From NCBI GenBank assembly GCA_013239625.1, contig MU053873.1:1936524-2000523 (forward strand): a DNA stretch of 64,000 bases, in the 5' to 3' direction. The notes below the pieces were generated by a model, which saw only the letters and a list, made by a program, of their open reading frames with translations, was not told where the DNA came from and did no database searches. A program made the translations under genes and the position numbers. Origin of the DNA: Lama guanicoe. Taxonomy: Eukaryota. Positions 23,765 through 34,830 of this stretch are shown in pieces (position 1 is the first letter of the stretch; each line of letters starts with the position of its first letter).

Positions 23765-24379
23765 GCTCATTCTGCAAACACTTCCTGAGCATGCACGATG
23801 TGCCAGGCATGGGGCTTGGCTCTGAGATGTAACAGTGAACAAGACAGACAAAGTCTCTGTGCCCGGGGAGCTTCCATTCTAGTTGGGGAGAGAGAGAATA
23901 AACACACAGGATACTTTCAGGTAATTCAGATATTACAAGTGCAGGAAAGAAAAACAAAGCTGGAAAATGGAGGAGGGAGAGGTGGGGAGGTGTTCTTTAA
24001 TTAGGTGGTTAGGGAAGGTTCCTTGAGAAGGAACCTGAGATTTGAAGACGAAGAAGGGGCTGGCCATGCCAAGATCGGCAGAAAGGGCAGGAATAACAGC
24101 ATAAGCAAAGGCCCTGAGGTGAGATGAGAAAGGAGGCCAGGATGGCTGCAAGGAAGTGGAGATGGGGAGGTGATGGGTTTGGAGAGGGAGGTGGGAGTCA
24201 GATCAGCAGAACCTGGAGAGCACAGAAAGGAATTTGGATGCTAGCCAAGAGTATTTTAATCATCTTATGAGCCATGCATTGTGCTAAACACTGAGGATAA
24301 AATGATCAGCAAGAATAGATGCCATCCAATTCTCCTGCTCATGTTCTAGGTAACCGACTGCCCATCTGATACTTGAGTC

Positions 24380-24570
24380 CTCTCTCAAGTGTCTCTGCTA
24401 AGCTGCCTTTGCTTGTCTGCCTCCAGTGGCAGGGAGCTCAGTGCTTACTAAGGCAGGCCATTGCATCCCTGCACGGTTCTGATGGTTCAAAGTCTCTCCT
24501 TCCATTGTTTCTTGGGGACTTTCACTTTCACTCAGTGGCTCTGGGGAGTAAATAAGGAAGTTACACGCTT
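24380..24570 (-). mobile_element. CR1/L3 LINE fragment
   Basis: cctccagtggcagggagctcagtgcttactaaggcaggccattgcat resembles the antisense L3 3' region. Confidence 0.55.
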
Positions 24571-25539
24571 CTGTCTTATGAGGGCAGGGTAGTTACTGGG
24601 TTCCAGGTGTCAGGGACACAAAGAAGACAAAAACAGGCTCTTGCTGGCAAATCGCTCAGGGTCTTTTAGGAGAAGTGAGATATATGCAGATCTCACATGG
24701 TATATTATCATCATGTTAAAATACTGATTTTTAAATGCCACGTTGCTTAAAGCATGGAGAAGGAAGGAAATAGAATTGTTGTCATTTGGGCAAACCAAGG
24801 AAGGCATCATGGAGGAAGAGGTATTTCCGCTGACTGGAGAGCAGAGAGACCCAGATGAAGTGGGATGGGGTGGGACCTCTTCCCTGGGAGGAGACGGTGG
24901 GCAGGCGGTTTGGCTCAGGGTGAGCGCAGACCATACTCTGAGGGTGTCAGGATGATGCTTTGATACATTTACCAGTGTCACCCTCGCTCCCCACCCATCC
25001 ACCTTCCATTCAGGCAGCCACAGGGCATCCTGTATTTTTTGCCTCAGGGATGGTCATAACAGCAAAAGAAAAATAAAAAAGAGTCAAGTTCGTGGCTTTC
25101 AGATTGCAAGTCTGTCTTAAGTCACAAGAATCTGGCTTTTGAGCTTCAACAGTCTAAGTCTTGAAGGACCTAGGGCACAAAATTCAGCATATACTAGATG
25201 ATGCAGAAGACCATTCAGGCAAAGGTGGTTACTGTCATCCTGGAAGAAAGATCAGTGCCTGGGCTGGGGGCAGAGGGAGATGAGACACTGCCCCATGGAG
25301 GGCAATGAGAACCTCGCCTAGTAAGCAGAAAGCTTGGGTCTGTAGATGAATATTTTCTTTTGAGAGGATGCAAAGATTGACTAGGGTGAAAAAAGCAGTG
25401 GTTAATATCTCACAAATATCCTATTACATGAGTCTGGGCATTTGTCCCCACCTCCTAGTATCCTTGTAGCTAATCAGAATTTCCTCCTATCTGTCCAGGG
25501 CCTACTAGAGAGATTGTCTCTCTTCTGCTGGGCTTTCCA

Positions 25540-25870
25540 AGCTACCGGGAAGGGAGAGCCTACCTAAGAACAAAGTCAATCAAGAGGAAAATTGACTGGA
25601 AAGAGACAGGCAGCAACTTACGCAATGTTATATTACACAATGTTATACTCAATAAAACTGGAAAATAAAGAAAAAAGAATAAAAGAAAAGACAGAGACAG
25701 GAATTTTCTTGTTGGCATTGTTGAGACCCTGGATCCAGCCATACCTGAAGTTGTAGTTTCAGGAATTTTTTAAATATGTGAGAAAACAAATTATTGTTCT
25801 TATCTGCTTGTTGCTTAAGCTACTGTGAGTTGGGTTCTTGTCACATGCACCCAGGAGCCCTGGTAATACC
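25540..25870 (+). mobile_element. ERVL LTR 3' part (LTR33/LTR16-like)
   Basis: ttgagaccctggatccagccatacctgaag; gcttaagctactgtgagttgggttcttgtcacatgca. Confidence 0.7.
25611..25692 (+). mobile_element. 82-bp retroposed stub with polyA signal and A-rich tail
   Basis: AATAAA at 25651, A-rich tail, 9-bp direct repeat AGAGACAGG at 25602-25610 and 25693-25701. Confidence 0.6.
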
Positions 25871-25894
25871 ATCTTGGCAGTACAGAGTGGGAGC

Positions 25895-26110
25895 AGGAAG
25901 GGGTTCCATGTACTGAGCCAGGCAGGATGCTTTATCATTTAAGTTCCCCCTGAACTCCGTGAACTTGGAGAGCCGTCTCATTTTACAGACAAGATGGCTG
26001 AAACTCAGAAAAGGCATGGCACGAGCCCAGGACTCATGGCACCGCAGCAGCACAGCCAAGGTTTGGACACGCTCTGCTTTATAATTCAGATCCGTTCCAT
26101 GCCCTGAAGA
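25895..26110 (-). mobile_element. MIR
   Basis: ctcattttacagacaagatggctgaaactcagaaaagg. Confidence 0.6.
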
Positions 26111-26593
26111 TCTCCTCCTGTGGGCTGTCCTGCTGCCGATGGTGCAGAGAGAAGACGGAAGAAATGGGGCATCTGGGGTGTGCACGGAGTCTCGGGAGCG
26201 AGCCACTCCACTGTGTGCATCTGGATTGGGGAGCGAAGCAGATGGCCCATCTGACTCCACCACATCCTGTAACTTTATGGCGTCGGCAGGTTCTCCTCCC
26301 CGCTGCGTTTATAGGGATGTCTTCAGGATTTCCTTTTTGATATACGAGAGAGCCTCGTTGGCTGGGACCTCCCCATCAGAGGGTAATTTGTGAGTAAATC
26401 ACAGCAAACCAGCAGCAAGTGTTTGCACGGGGCCCGCGCCCTGTGCGTGCTTTGGGATAAATCTTCAGAGTAACATGCTTACACGTGTGACCCTGGGGAC
26501 CAAGCGTCATGAAAAGGTCAAGTATTAGGGGCAAAAGGGAACTTGTCCTTTGCTCCTGCTCTGGACCAGTGGGAGGAAGATGGTAGGAGAGTA

Positions 26594-26961
26594 TGTATAT
26601 TGGTTTCCCAAGGCTACTGTAACAGAGTACCACAAATTAGGAAGCATAAACAACAGGAATTTACTCTCTTACGGTTCTGGGGGCTAGAAGTTTAAAATCA
26701 AGGTGCTCACTGGAAGTGGCTTACAGACCCGTCACTCCAACCTCTGCCGCTTTCATCACCAGGCATCCCCCTGATGTGTCTCTGACTCTGTCTCTGAATC
26801 TCCCCCTCCCTTCTCTTATCGGGACACTGATCTCCAAATAAGAGCCTCCTCTTAACTTGATTTCACCTGCAAGGACCCTATTTTCAAATAGAGTTGCATT
26901 CTGAGGTTCTGTGTGGACCTGAATATGGTCGAGGCAGGAGGACACTCTTCAACTGAGTACA
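26594..26961 (-). mobile_element. MaLR solo LTR (MLT1B-like)
   Basis: TGTAT...ggctactgtaacagagtaccacaaa; ggttctgggggctagaagt; cctgcaaggaccctattttcaaata; ends gtaCA. Confidence 0.85.
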
Positions 26962-27255
26962 GAAGGTGACAAGGTAGTTCTTGCATGAAGGAGGGGCTTG
27001 TCTGGAGGTGGGAGAGGCTTCAGAATGTGCACATGCCCTTTAGGGGATTTCCTTAAGATACATGTCAGCCGCTTCTGTTCATCTGACAAATAGTAATGTA
27101 GGCTGAATGAAAGCATTGTCTATAACCCAGCAACCCCATCCCTAGGAACATCCCCACTAAAAATGAGTCCTGTGGTCATTGGAAGACATGCACTAGAATG
27201 TTCACCACAGTATTATTTATCTTGGCTGAAAAGTGGAAATGACCAAATGCCTCTC

Positions 27256-27894
27256 TATAGTTTGCAAAACAGCTCCAATTCTTTGCAGCCCATCTCATTA
27301 AGAGGCAGAGTCTATTTCTCCTCCCCTTTATTTTTTTTGTTGTTGTTGCTTTTGTTTTTTTTTTTTTCTGGTGGGGTGGTAATTAGATTTATTTATTTAG
27401 TTAGTTAATGGAGGTACTGGGGATTGAACCCAGGACCTCATGCATGCTAGGCATGCACTTTACCACTGAGCTATACCCTCTCCCCCTCCTCCCCTTTAAT
27501 CTGGGCTGGTCTTGTGATTTGCTGTAGCCCATAAAATATGGCAGAAGGATGTGTGCTTGCTCCAAGCACAGACTTCTGGAGACCTTGCATGCTTTCCCTT
27601 GCTCTGTGGTCATCATGTGAAAAGTCTGGGCTAGCTGGCTGGAGGATGAGAGATGGTTGGAGAAGGGCTAAGTTTTCCTAGCCGACATCACTCTAGACCC
27701 AACAGCCTCAGCGGCAGATGGCAGACACATGAGCTATCCCAGCTGATCTCAGCCTAGCTCAGCCCAGCCCAGAAGGAGCACCAAGCTGATCCCATTCCAA
27801 ATCGACTAGCAGAAGCCCATGCTAAATAAGTGGCTGTTGTTTTAAAGCACTAAGCTTTGGGATGCTTTGTTACACAGCAATAGCTAATTGATAC
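27256..27894 (+). mobile_element. MaLR solo LTR (MLT1G/H-like) carrying a SINE
   Basis: ttgcaaaacagctccaattctt...aagaggcagagtctatttc; ends ttgttacacagcaatagctaattgataCA. Confidence 0.85.
27331..27485 (-). mobile_element. tRNA-Ala(AGC)-derived camelid SINE (Vic-1-like), young copy
   Basis: Reverse complement GGGGAGAGGGTATAGCTCAGTGGTAAAGTGCATGCCTAGCATGCATGAGGTCCTGGGTTCAATCCCCAGTACCTCC with intact A and B boxes; perfect 13-bp TSD CTCCTCCCCTTTA (27318-27330, 27486-27498). Confidence 0.92.
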
Positions 27895-28809
27895 ATCATC
27901 AGGAGTAAAATGGATACATTGCTTAAAATCACACAATGGACTAACATGCAGCATGGAGAATGAATGAACTACTGCTACACAGGACGTGGATGAATCTTAT
28001 ACCTTGCTGAGCAAATGAAGCTCAACACAGAAAAAGTGGGTACTGTATGATTCCATTTATAGAAAAAGTACAGAAATAGGTGAAAACAACCTATGATGAG
28101 ATAAGTCAGTATAGTGCTTACCCTGAGTGGGTAGTGACTAGGAGGGGGCACAAGGTGGGGCTTCTGGGGGCTGGTTATCTGGGCATGTCCACCTGGTGAA
28201 TCTTTGTTGAGCTACATATGTACAATGTGTGCATTTTCACACATGTAGGTTATATGGTGGTAGAGATTTTAAAACGCCAGTTTTCTTGTTTCTCTTCTAA
28301 TTGCCAGGGAGCCAGTGGGATTGCATCTTATGTGGAGGACAAGCATGTAAGGGGAAAATCACGTATCATCAAAACGCCCTTGAAAATTCCTTGGGAAACC
28401 GTCACATTAGCACCAACTGCCATCTCTCAATAAATCCCGCACAGCCAGTTTTCCCTCGTGTTGAGACAGATCACTCTTTCTCCCGTCAGACTCCAGATGA
28501 AGTAGAAGTCTGTGACTGTCACAGGGAGCCAGGGCCATCAGTGCTCACACCCCGAGGGACATGTGGGACCAGAGGTGAGGTCTTGGCTCCAGGAAGACAC
28601 ACTTCAAAGCCAGAGGTATGGGGAACTCCCTCATCTATAAACCTCCCTGCTTGGGAAGGGGCTGCAAATGTGTTTAGTTAAGTTGACTTTAACCAAATTT
28701 AACTAAATTCAGTTAAATTTAAGGATGATGCAAGGCCAAGTGTCTCAAGGACTTAACTCTTGATTAGCTGACTCTGCTTCTAACTCCAACACCCCCTGCA
28801 CCATCCGGA

Positions 28810-28960
28810 ACCTCAGGGTTGTGTTAAAAACCCTGAATTGTGGTCCCAATATGATCCCAGGCAGGCCACCTCCTCTTTCTGGGTCTCAGTGTCCTCATCT
28901 ATAAGAGGGGAGGGTGTGGATTGGAATAAAATGGGTGTCTTCTGCCACTTTGAGAGTCTG
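28810..28960 (+). mobile_element. MIR fragment
   Basis: tctgggtctcagtgtcctcatctataa. Confidence 0.55.
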
Positions 28961-31569
28961 GGGTCCTAAGCTGCCCTTTGTGAGATAAAACACCCATGAC
29001 CTGGGTTGTGAGGCTGCCACAGATTTTCTGGAGGGTCCTAGGTCAGTGCTCCCTTCCCCCATCTCACCATCTGTGCAATGGGTGGCTGGATCCCATGGCT
29101 CTTTTTGCGGCACTGGCCAGGGTGGGGTCCAGGGCTGCAGAGGAGGACTGTGATGGCCAGGTCCGGGAAGGAGGGGCTGCTTGGAATGGAGACAGCAGCC
29201 TCACTTCTGCAAGACGGAAGCCGGAGCTGTGGGCGAGGAGCTTCCAGCTCCAGGGTGGGGGTGCAGAGAGGGCCGCTGCTCTGGCACATGGGCTTTCTCT
29301 TCAGCCCCCACGTTCCTTTCCGAAGCCGCAGAGCGGCCGAAACCTGGCTGGAGAGTGGATGCTTCCAACTGCTGCTGGTGGACCCAGGGGACCAGAGACC
29401 TCGAGAGGACAAGAATGGAAGGGACAGAGAGAATAAGAGGGACAGACGGACACAGGGGAGAGAGAAAGCAGAGGAAGGCAACCATCCAGAGAGACTTACC
29501 CCTTCGACATACATTGGTGGAGCGCCTACCAGGTGCCAGGTGTTGTGCGTGCTTGAGGTAGAGAGGGAGGGAGCGATCGAGAGAGAGAGAAGGAGAAACA
29601 GAGAGAGAGAAGGAAAGACCAAGAAGTGACAGGAAGGCAGAAAAAGAGACAGAAAAAAACCCAAGGCATATTTCCTTTATTCATTTCAGATTTATTTATT
29701 GAGCACTTACTTTGTGCTAGAGACAGATTCAGTGTGAGACGGGGAGAGAGAGATTGAGAGAGAACCACAGCCTGAGTTTGTAGCTGGGCACCCCCTTCCT
29801 GTTACAGCAGAAAGTCACAGAAGCACACAGAATAAGCCTCCTCCCCTCATGTTCCACCCTCAGAACCTTGCCTGGGGCTGGATGGGCAGCCCCGGGCTTC
29901 CCAAGCCTTCCCGAGAAGTATCCGGGAGACCCTCAAAGAAACTCCAGAGTCCTGGGTCCCAACTCTGGCGATTTGGCTGCCGGCCTGGGGCTCAGGGCCT
30001 AGGAATCTGTATTTTCACAGCCAGGGCCTCTGGGGCTGAGCGGGCGCCGGAGCCCAGGTGCTGGACACGTGTCCCCGGGGGGCCTCCCTGGGGGCTCCCG
30101 CTGCTGTCACAGCCACACACGTCCTTTAGCAAACACACGCGGCCCATGATTGATTCTCTGCCGCTTCCCTCACAGCCGGCGGGTCCGCCTGAATGGTCCA
30201 CGTGCTGCCCACACACCCCACTGGAACCGCTTCCCTGCCCTCTGCCCCGGAAGTCATTTGTTTGTTTTAAGACACAGCCTTTATGTCCAGCTGAAAGGCC
30301 AGCGGCCTCCCCGGGGCCTCCCATCCAAGCTGGAGCCAGGCTGGGGGTTGTCCTGGGGCCGGGCTGCTGCCTGGGGGACCTGGACGCCCGGGCCGCTGCT
30401 GGCCAGGCGTGGGGACCAAGGTGGGGCCACCCACACTCGAGGGAGGACAGCCCATGCTTCCTGCACCGAGGCAGCCCTAGACTCTCCAGGTACTGGTCCT
30501 GCGCGGAGATCCCTTCCTTCACAACGTCACACTGCGAGCATCTCTCGGGCCCCCATCCTCCCGTTCCCCGTCACCCCTTCCTTGAACCACTAAATATTAA
30601 GCACCGACTATGAGCCGGGTAGGTGCTTGCAGTTCCTGTGCCTGCCTTCTCTGTCTTGGTGAATGAATCCTTTCATGGTTAAAAGAGCAGGCTCTGAAAT
30701 TCAGCAGACTTCGGTTTGAATCCCAGTCCCACCCCTCCCCCAGTGCCTCGACCTATCTACTAAAGGGGGACGAGACACACAGCTGGGATGGCTAGGGGTG
30801 GGGCTTCCAGACATACTGGATGAGAGAGAAATGCCTGGCACCCACCTGGCACTCAGCTGGTGCTCAGAGCTTCTTTCTCTCTCCCCCGACTCCATCTCCA
30901 TCTCTCTTGGTCTCTGTCACCTGGCCTCTCTCTCCCCTAGGACTTGTGCTGTAGAGAAGGGAGCACCAGGCCAGGAGTTTAGAACCCTGGCTCCTGATTC
31001 TTACTTTGCTGTACCCTGCTGTGTGGCCTTGGGCGAATATCTGTCCCTCTCTGGTCTGGCTGGATCATCTCAAAGGCCTGTTCTCCTGCTATCTGTCCAG
31101 GTTGTGAATTCCTGGGAGGGAACTGGACTCAGTTATATCTTTCTATCTTGCCTGGTACACAGAAGGTGCTCCAGGAAGGAATGTGGAAATAAGGTGAGTA
31201 AGTGGGTCATTAGCGATGTCTGGACACCAAATTGTGCAGATCTGGTTGGAGGGCTCTGGCTGTAGGAATGTAGCTCATTTTTCTGGGAGAGCTGGGCCAG
31301 GGTCAGGGCAGCAGGGGAGAGGTTGTTGCACATCTTATTTTCATGGAAACCCTGCAGACTCAGCCTCAGCCTCAGCCACGGGTGAGGCAAAATGGAGACG
31401 GGGTGGGATTGGGGGGCCAGCTCTTGTTTCAGAGACCTCCCCCCTCAACCCTGTGATGGGCTGCGGAGACAACGGGTCCTGCCCTTCCCTTTCCACCCAT
31501 GGGCCTCCTCCCACTACTTTACTTCCTCCCTTCCTTTCCAGGAAATCCGGCCCTGCACACTCACCTGTT

Positions 31570-31680
31570 ACTTCACCCATCCTTCCACTCACCTGTCCAT
31601 CCATCCACTTACCTGTCCATCCATCCATCCTTTCATCTATCCATCTACCCTCCCCTCCACCCCAACACCCATCTACCTCA
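31570..31680. repeat. Degenerate (CCAT)n
   Basis: Seen directly. Confidence 0.8.
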
Positions 31681-32000
31681 CAAGCACTGGCAGAGCCAGG
31701 CCAGGCCTGTGCCAGGCACTGGGGATGTAGCAAGGAACAAAACAGCTGTGGTTTTGCCCTTAAGGAGCTCTGAGCCTGGTGGGGGTGACAGTAGGCCACT
31801 AGGTAATGATGATTCAGGGTGTTGGGGGCTGTGATGGGGATGCCCAGGGCATGTGGGAGCCAGGGTGGTGGCTCTCAGGGCCAGCTGCCTCGAGGAGGGG
31901 ATACTCAGGGAGACACCTGGGTTAACCAGGGGAGGCGTGGAGAGGTGGAAGGGGACAGCACGTGCGAAGCTCTGAGAGTGGATGGAAACCAGCTCAGAAA
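31680..32000 (-). mobile_element. L2 fragment
   Basis: ccaggcctgtgccaggcactggggatgtagcaaggaacaaaacag...tgcccttaaggagctc. Confidence 0.7.
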
Positions 32001-32024
32001 CAGCCGGAGATGGGAAACCAGTTA

Positions 32025-32170
32025 CAGTGATAACAATAATCGCCTTCTCCATACGCACAAGCTCAGCGAGCCCTCCCCTGCACCCAGCCCCATTTTACAG
32101 ACAAGGAAGAAGAGGCCCAGAGAGGAGAGACTTGTGAAGGGACCCAGGCCTTAGCTGCACCAGGATGAAC
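32025..32170 (-). mobile_element. MIR fragment
   Basis: ccccattttacagacaaggaagaagaggcccagagagg. Confidence 0.65.
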
Positions 32171-32539
32171 AGCCCAGCCCGAAGGGGGAAGGCGGGCCTG
32201 GGACAGCTTCCTCTCAGACCTCCCCTGGGCTGGGCCGGAGGCCCCGGGGAGGCCCTGCGGGTGGGGGCGGGGCGTGGGAAGGCTGCAAACTGGTTTGGGG
32301 CGGTAGGGCTTTCCTGTCACTGCCGGTGGCCCCCGCCTTTGTCCTCATGTGTCACTGAGGAATGCAGCTACAGTCTGGATAAAAGCAGCTTTGTTTGGAG
32401 GCCTCAGGAGGGGGCAGAGTGAGGATGGTGGAAGGGAGGAGCCTGGCCAGGAAAGGGTTACTGACCCTCCTCTCTGGGCTGGCCCCTGGCCTCAGCTCTG
32501 GGCAGGAAGCACCTCTGCCCAGTGGACATCCACACCCTC

Positions 32540-32665
32540 TGCTGTGCCCTTGATGAACTTCCTGAACTTGGGAGAGTAGCTTCCTTTCTCTGAGCCTCAG
32601 TTTCCACATCTGGATAATGGGAATCACCCTCCAACTTCTAGGGATGGTTCTGAGGCTCCAGCCAG
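32540..32665 (+). mobile_element. MIR fragment
   Basis: tctctgagcctcagtttccacatctggataatgggaatc. Confidence 0.75.
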
Positions 32666-33686
32666 ATAAGCCACACGGTTGACTGCCTTTGCAAGTCCTG
32701 TTAATGAAGGAGAAAAAGACATCCCAGGGAGGCAGAGTGACTTGCCCAAGGTCACACAGCTTGACCTTCAAGGCGGGAAGAGGTCAGGTGCTGTGCACGG
32801 ATGGACGGGCACGGAGGTGGGCACCTGTTTGTCTCTGTCTGCAAGTGGCTGTGTCAGAGGCAGGCCCTTCACTTTGTGAAGAAGAGTGATGGGGTCGCTT
32901 CCATGCATGCTCTGGCCCATAGAAGCCTCGTAGGGGTGGGCACTGAGCTGCCCTCAGTGGCCACTGCCCCCCAGTGCCTGTGTAAGGTGGGCAGGAAGTC
33001 CAGCGGTTCCAGCACAGCCAATGCCTGACTGCCGGCTGGTTCCAACCCCTCTGCATGTCTCAGTCTCCCCCTCTGTGAAGTGGATCTCATGTGAGCATGC
33101 ACATCACCGGGCTGTGGGGAAAGTTCAAGGAGGTAATATGCACTGAGTCGGCTCCGACCCCGGCACCGAGGAGTAGGATTAGTGAGACAATGGATATCTG
33201 CTTGCTGGCTGCACAGAGAATTGTCTCAAGGTCATGGCCGAGGGTGAGCTGGGATCAGCCCAGCACTCCTCGTGGCTCTTCCTGCCCAGGAAGGATGTGA
33301 GCCCTGCAGGGGCTGCAGTCCTGGGGTGGGACGGGTGAATGGAGGAGAAGCCGGCAGCGTGAGCCGCCCAGCTCTACCCTTTTGGGAGGAGGTGTCATGT
33401 GGGGCTGGAGCTCAGGAACACGGCCCTCCACCCCTCCCCACTGTGACGGATGTGGTCAGACAGATGGGGCAGGGCTGAGCACGCTTAGTCATGGCCCAGA
33501 TATAACCTTGGCCCCCAGGGGCAGTTACCCCTGTCTTGTTCCCTCCCGGCAGCTGCAGCCAATCCCAGTGAATCTGAGGTTTCATTTTGCTCAGTGAGGG
33601 AGTCTGAACTCACTCTCTTTGGTTGTAAGAGGAAATGGAAGCCCAGAGAAGGGGAGTGACTTACCCAAAGCCACACAGCAAGCAAT

Positions 33687-33759
33687 GGGCAAAATCATTT
33701 ATTCACTCACCAATTTGCTAAAGGGGCAAAATCATTTATTCACTCACCAATTTGTTAAA
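33687..33759. repeat. Local tandem duplication (period 37, two copies)
   Basis: gggcaaaatcatttattcactcaccaatttg(c/t)taaa occurs twice with one mismatch. Confidence 0.95.
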
Positions 33760-33849
33760 TATTTGGAGGCAGTTTAAGTCGTTCAAGAAGGACATCCCTG
33801 GAGGAAGGCTTGGCTTGTGCAAAGGTACGGTGGAGAAATTCTGAGATGG

Positions 33850-34080
33850 ATAAGGGTGTTGGGGCTGGAGCTGATCTGTAGGGTCAAATCCTGGCTCTGC
33901 CATTTGTTGTGTGATCGGAAGCAAGTGGATGAACTGCTCTGTGCCTCTGTTTCCTCACCTGTTAAGTTGAAGCTATTCGTGGTACTTACATCATGGGATG
34001 ACGATGAGATAATCCACGTAGGGTGCTTAGCATGAGACCTGGTACACAGTAGGCACTCAAAAAATGTGAGCTGTTAAGAA
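33850..34080 (+). mobile_element. MIR, near full length
   Basis: gggtcaaatcctggctctgccattt...ctctgtgcctctgtttcctcacctgt...cctggtacacagtaggcactcaa. Confidence 0.85.
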
Positions 34081-34527
34081 GGTGTGGGGAATAAGAGATG
34101 TACAGAACTTGGGAACTGCCAGCCAGCACTTGGTAGGGATTGTCTGGAGCCCAGAGCGGGTGGATGTGGCCCAGTTTGGAAGCCTGGGGAGCCAGGGAAG
34201 GAATCCGGTGGTCTGACTTGCCCCTGGGAGGCGAGTGCAGGGCAGCGGGGTAGGTCAAATGGAAGCAGTCCAGGAGGGCGACAGTGGGGGACTGGCCCAG
34301 AGCAGAGGCAGTGGCAGGAAAGAGAAGGAGGTGGAGGGAAGGACTTGCAGTTTGTCTGGATGTGGCAGGAGGAAGGCGAGCATTGTCCAGGATGACACCC
34401 CGAGGTTCCATAGGAGGCGAGGAGACAAGCAGGGAAGGGGTGGGGGATGGAGGCCCCGCCTGGAGCAGGGAGCCATTCCAGGGAGCTTCCTAGGTGCCAA
34501 GTGAAGCCTGGCAAGGACTATCATGCC

Positions 34528-34830
34528 CAGGGCTGGTTACATGATTTTGGGGGCCCTGTGGAAAATAAAAATGCAGGGCTCCTTGTTCAAAAGCAGGCAT
34601 GGTCCCCATACAGGTACTGAAATCTAAAGCCTCCCTTTTCTTCTGCCGGTCTTGTCTGCTCACACCAAGCTCCATTGTCCCCTCAGAGCTCACTGACAAC
34701 ACAGTTTCAAAGACAAAATTATTACGAGTTTCAAGAAGATGACAGTAAAATGTAGAAGTTGGTGTGGAGCCTTTTTGGGCACAGGGCCCTGTGTAGCCAC
34801 AGAGCCTACATGTCCGTGAAGTGGACCCTG
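34528..34830 (-). mobile_element. hAT-Tip100 element (MER45B/C-like), both ends present
   Basis: Termini CAGGG...CCCTG; ends match the reverse complement of MER45; 8-bp TSD atcatgcc / atcacacc; flanked by an antisense MIR (34831-34900). Confidence 0.8.

Larger units (their letters stand above)
23241..24240 (-). mobile_element. L2 3' region interrupted by an L1 stub and an MLT1 LTR
   Basis: (TTCA)n tail at about 23243-23280; resumes at 23765 with caaacacttcctgagcatgcacgatgtgccaggca; cagtgaacaagacagacaaagtc. Confidence 0.8.
27115..28275 (+). mobile_element. Old L1M (ORF2 end and 3' UTR) split by an MLT1 LTR
   Basis: tataacccagcaaccccatccctagg...agaatgttcaccacag...ccaaatgcc; resumes at 27895 with aaaatggata...atgaatgaactactgctacac...tactgtatgattccatttata. 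Confidence 0.85.

Noticed and set aside
27405..27485. tRNA-Ala-like sequences (also at about 17425-17495 and 61710-61790)
   Set aside because: Each has an A-rich tail, a TSD and a degraded acceptor stem, so these are SINE heads rather than functional tRNA genes.
33687..33759. CRISPR-like or other prokaryotic repeat system
   Set aside because: There are only two adjacent copies, with no spacers and no cas genes, and the context is mammalian.
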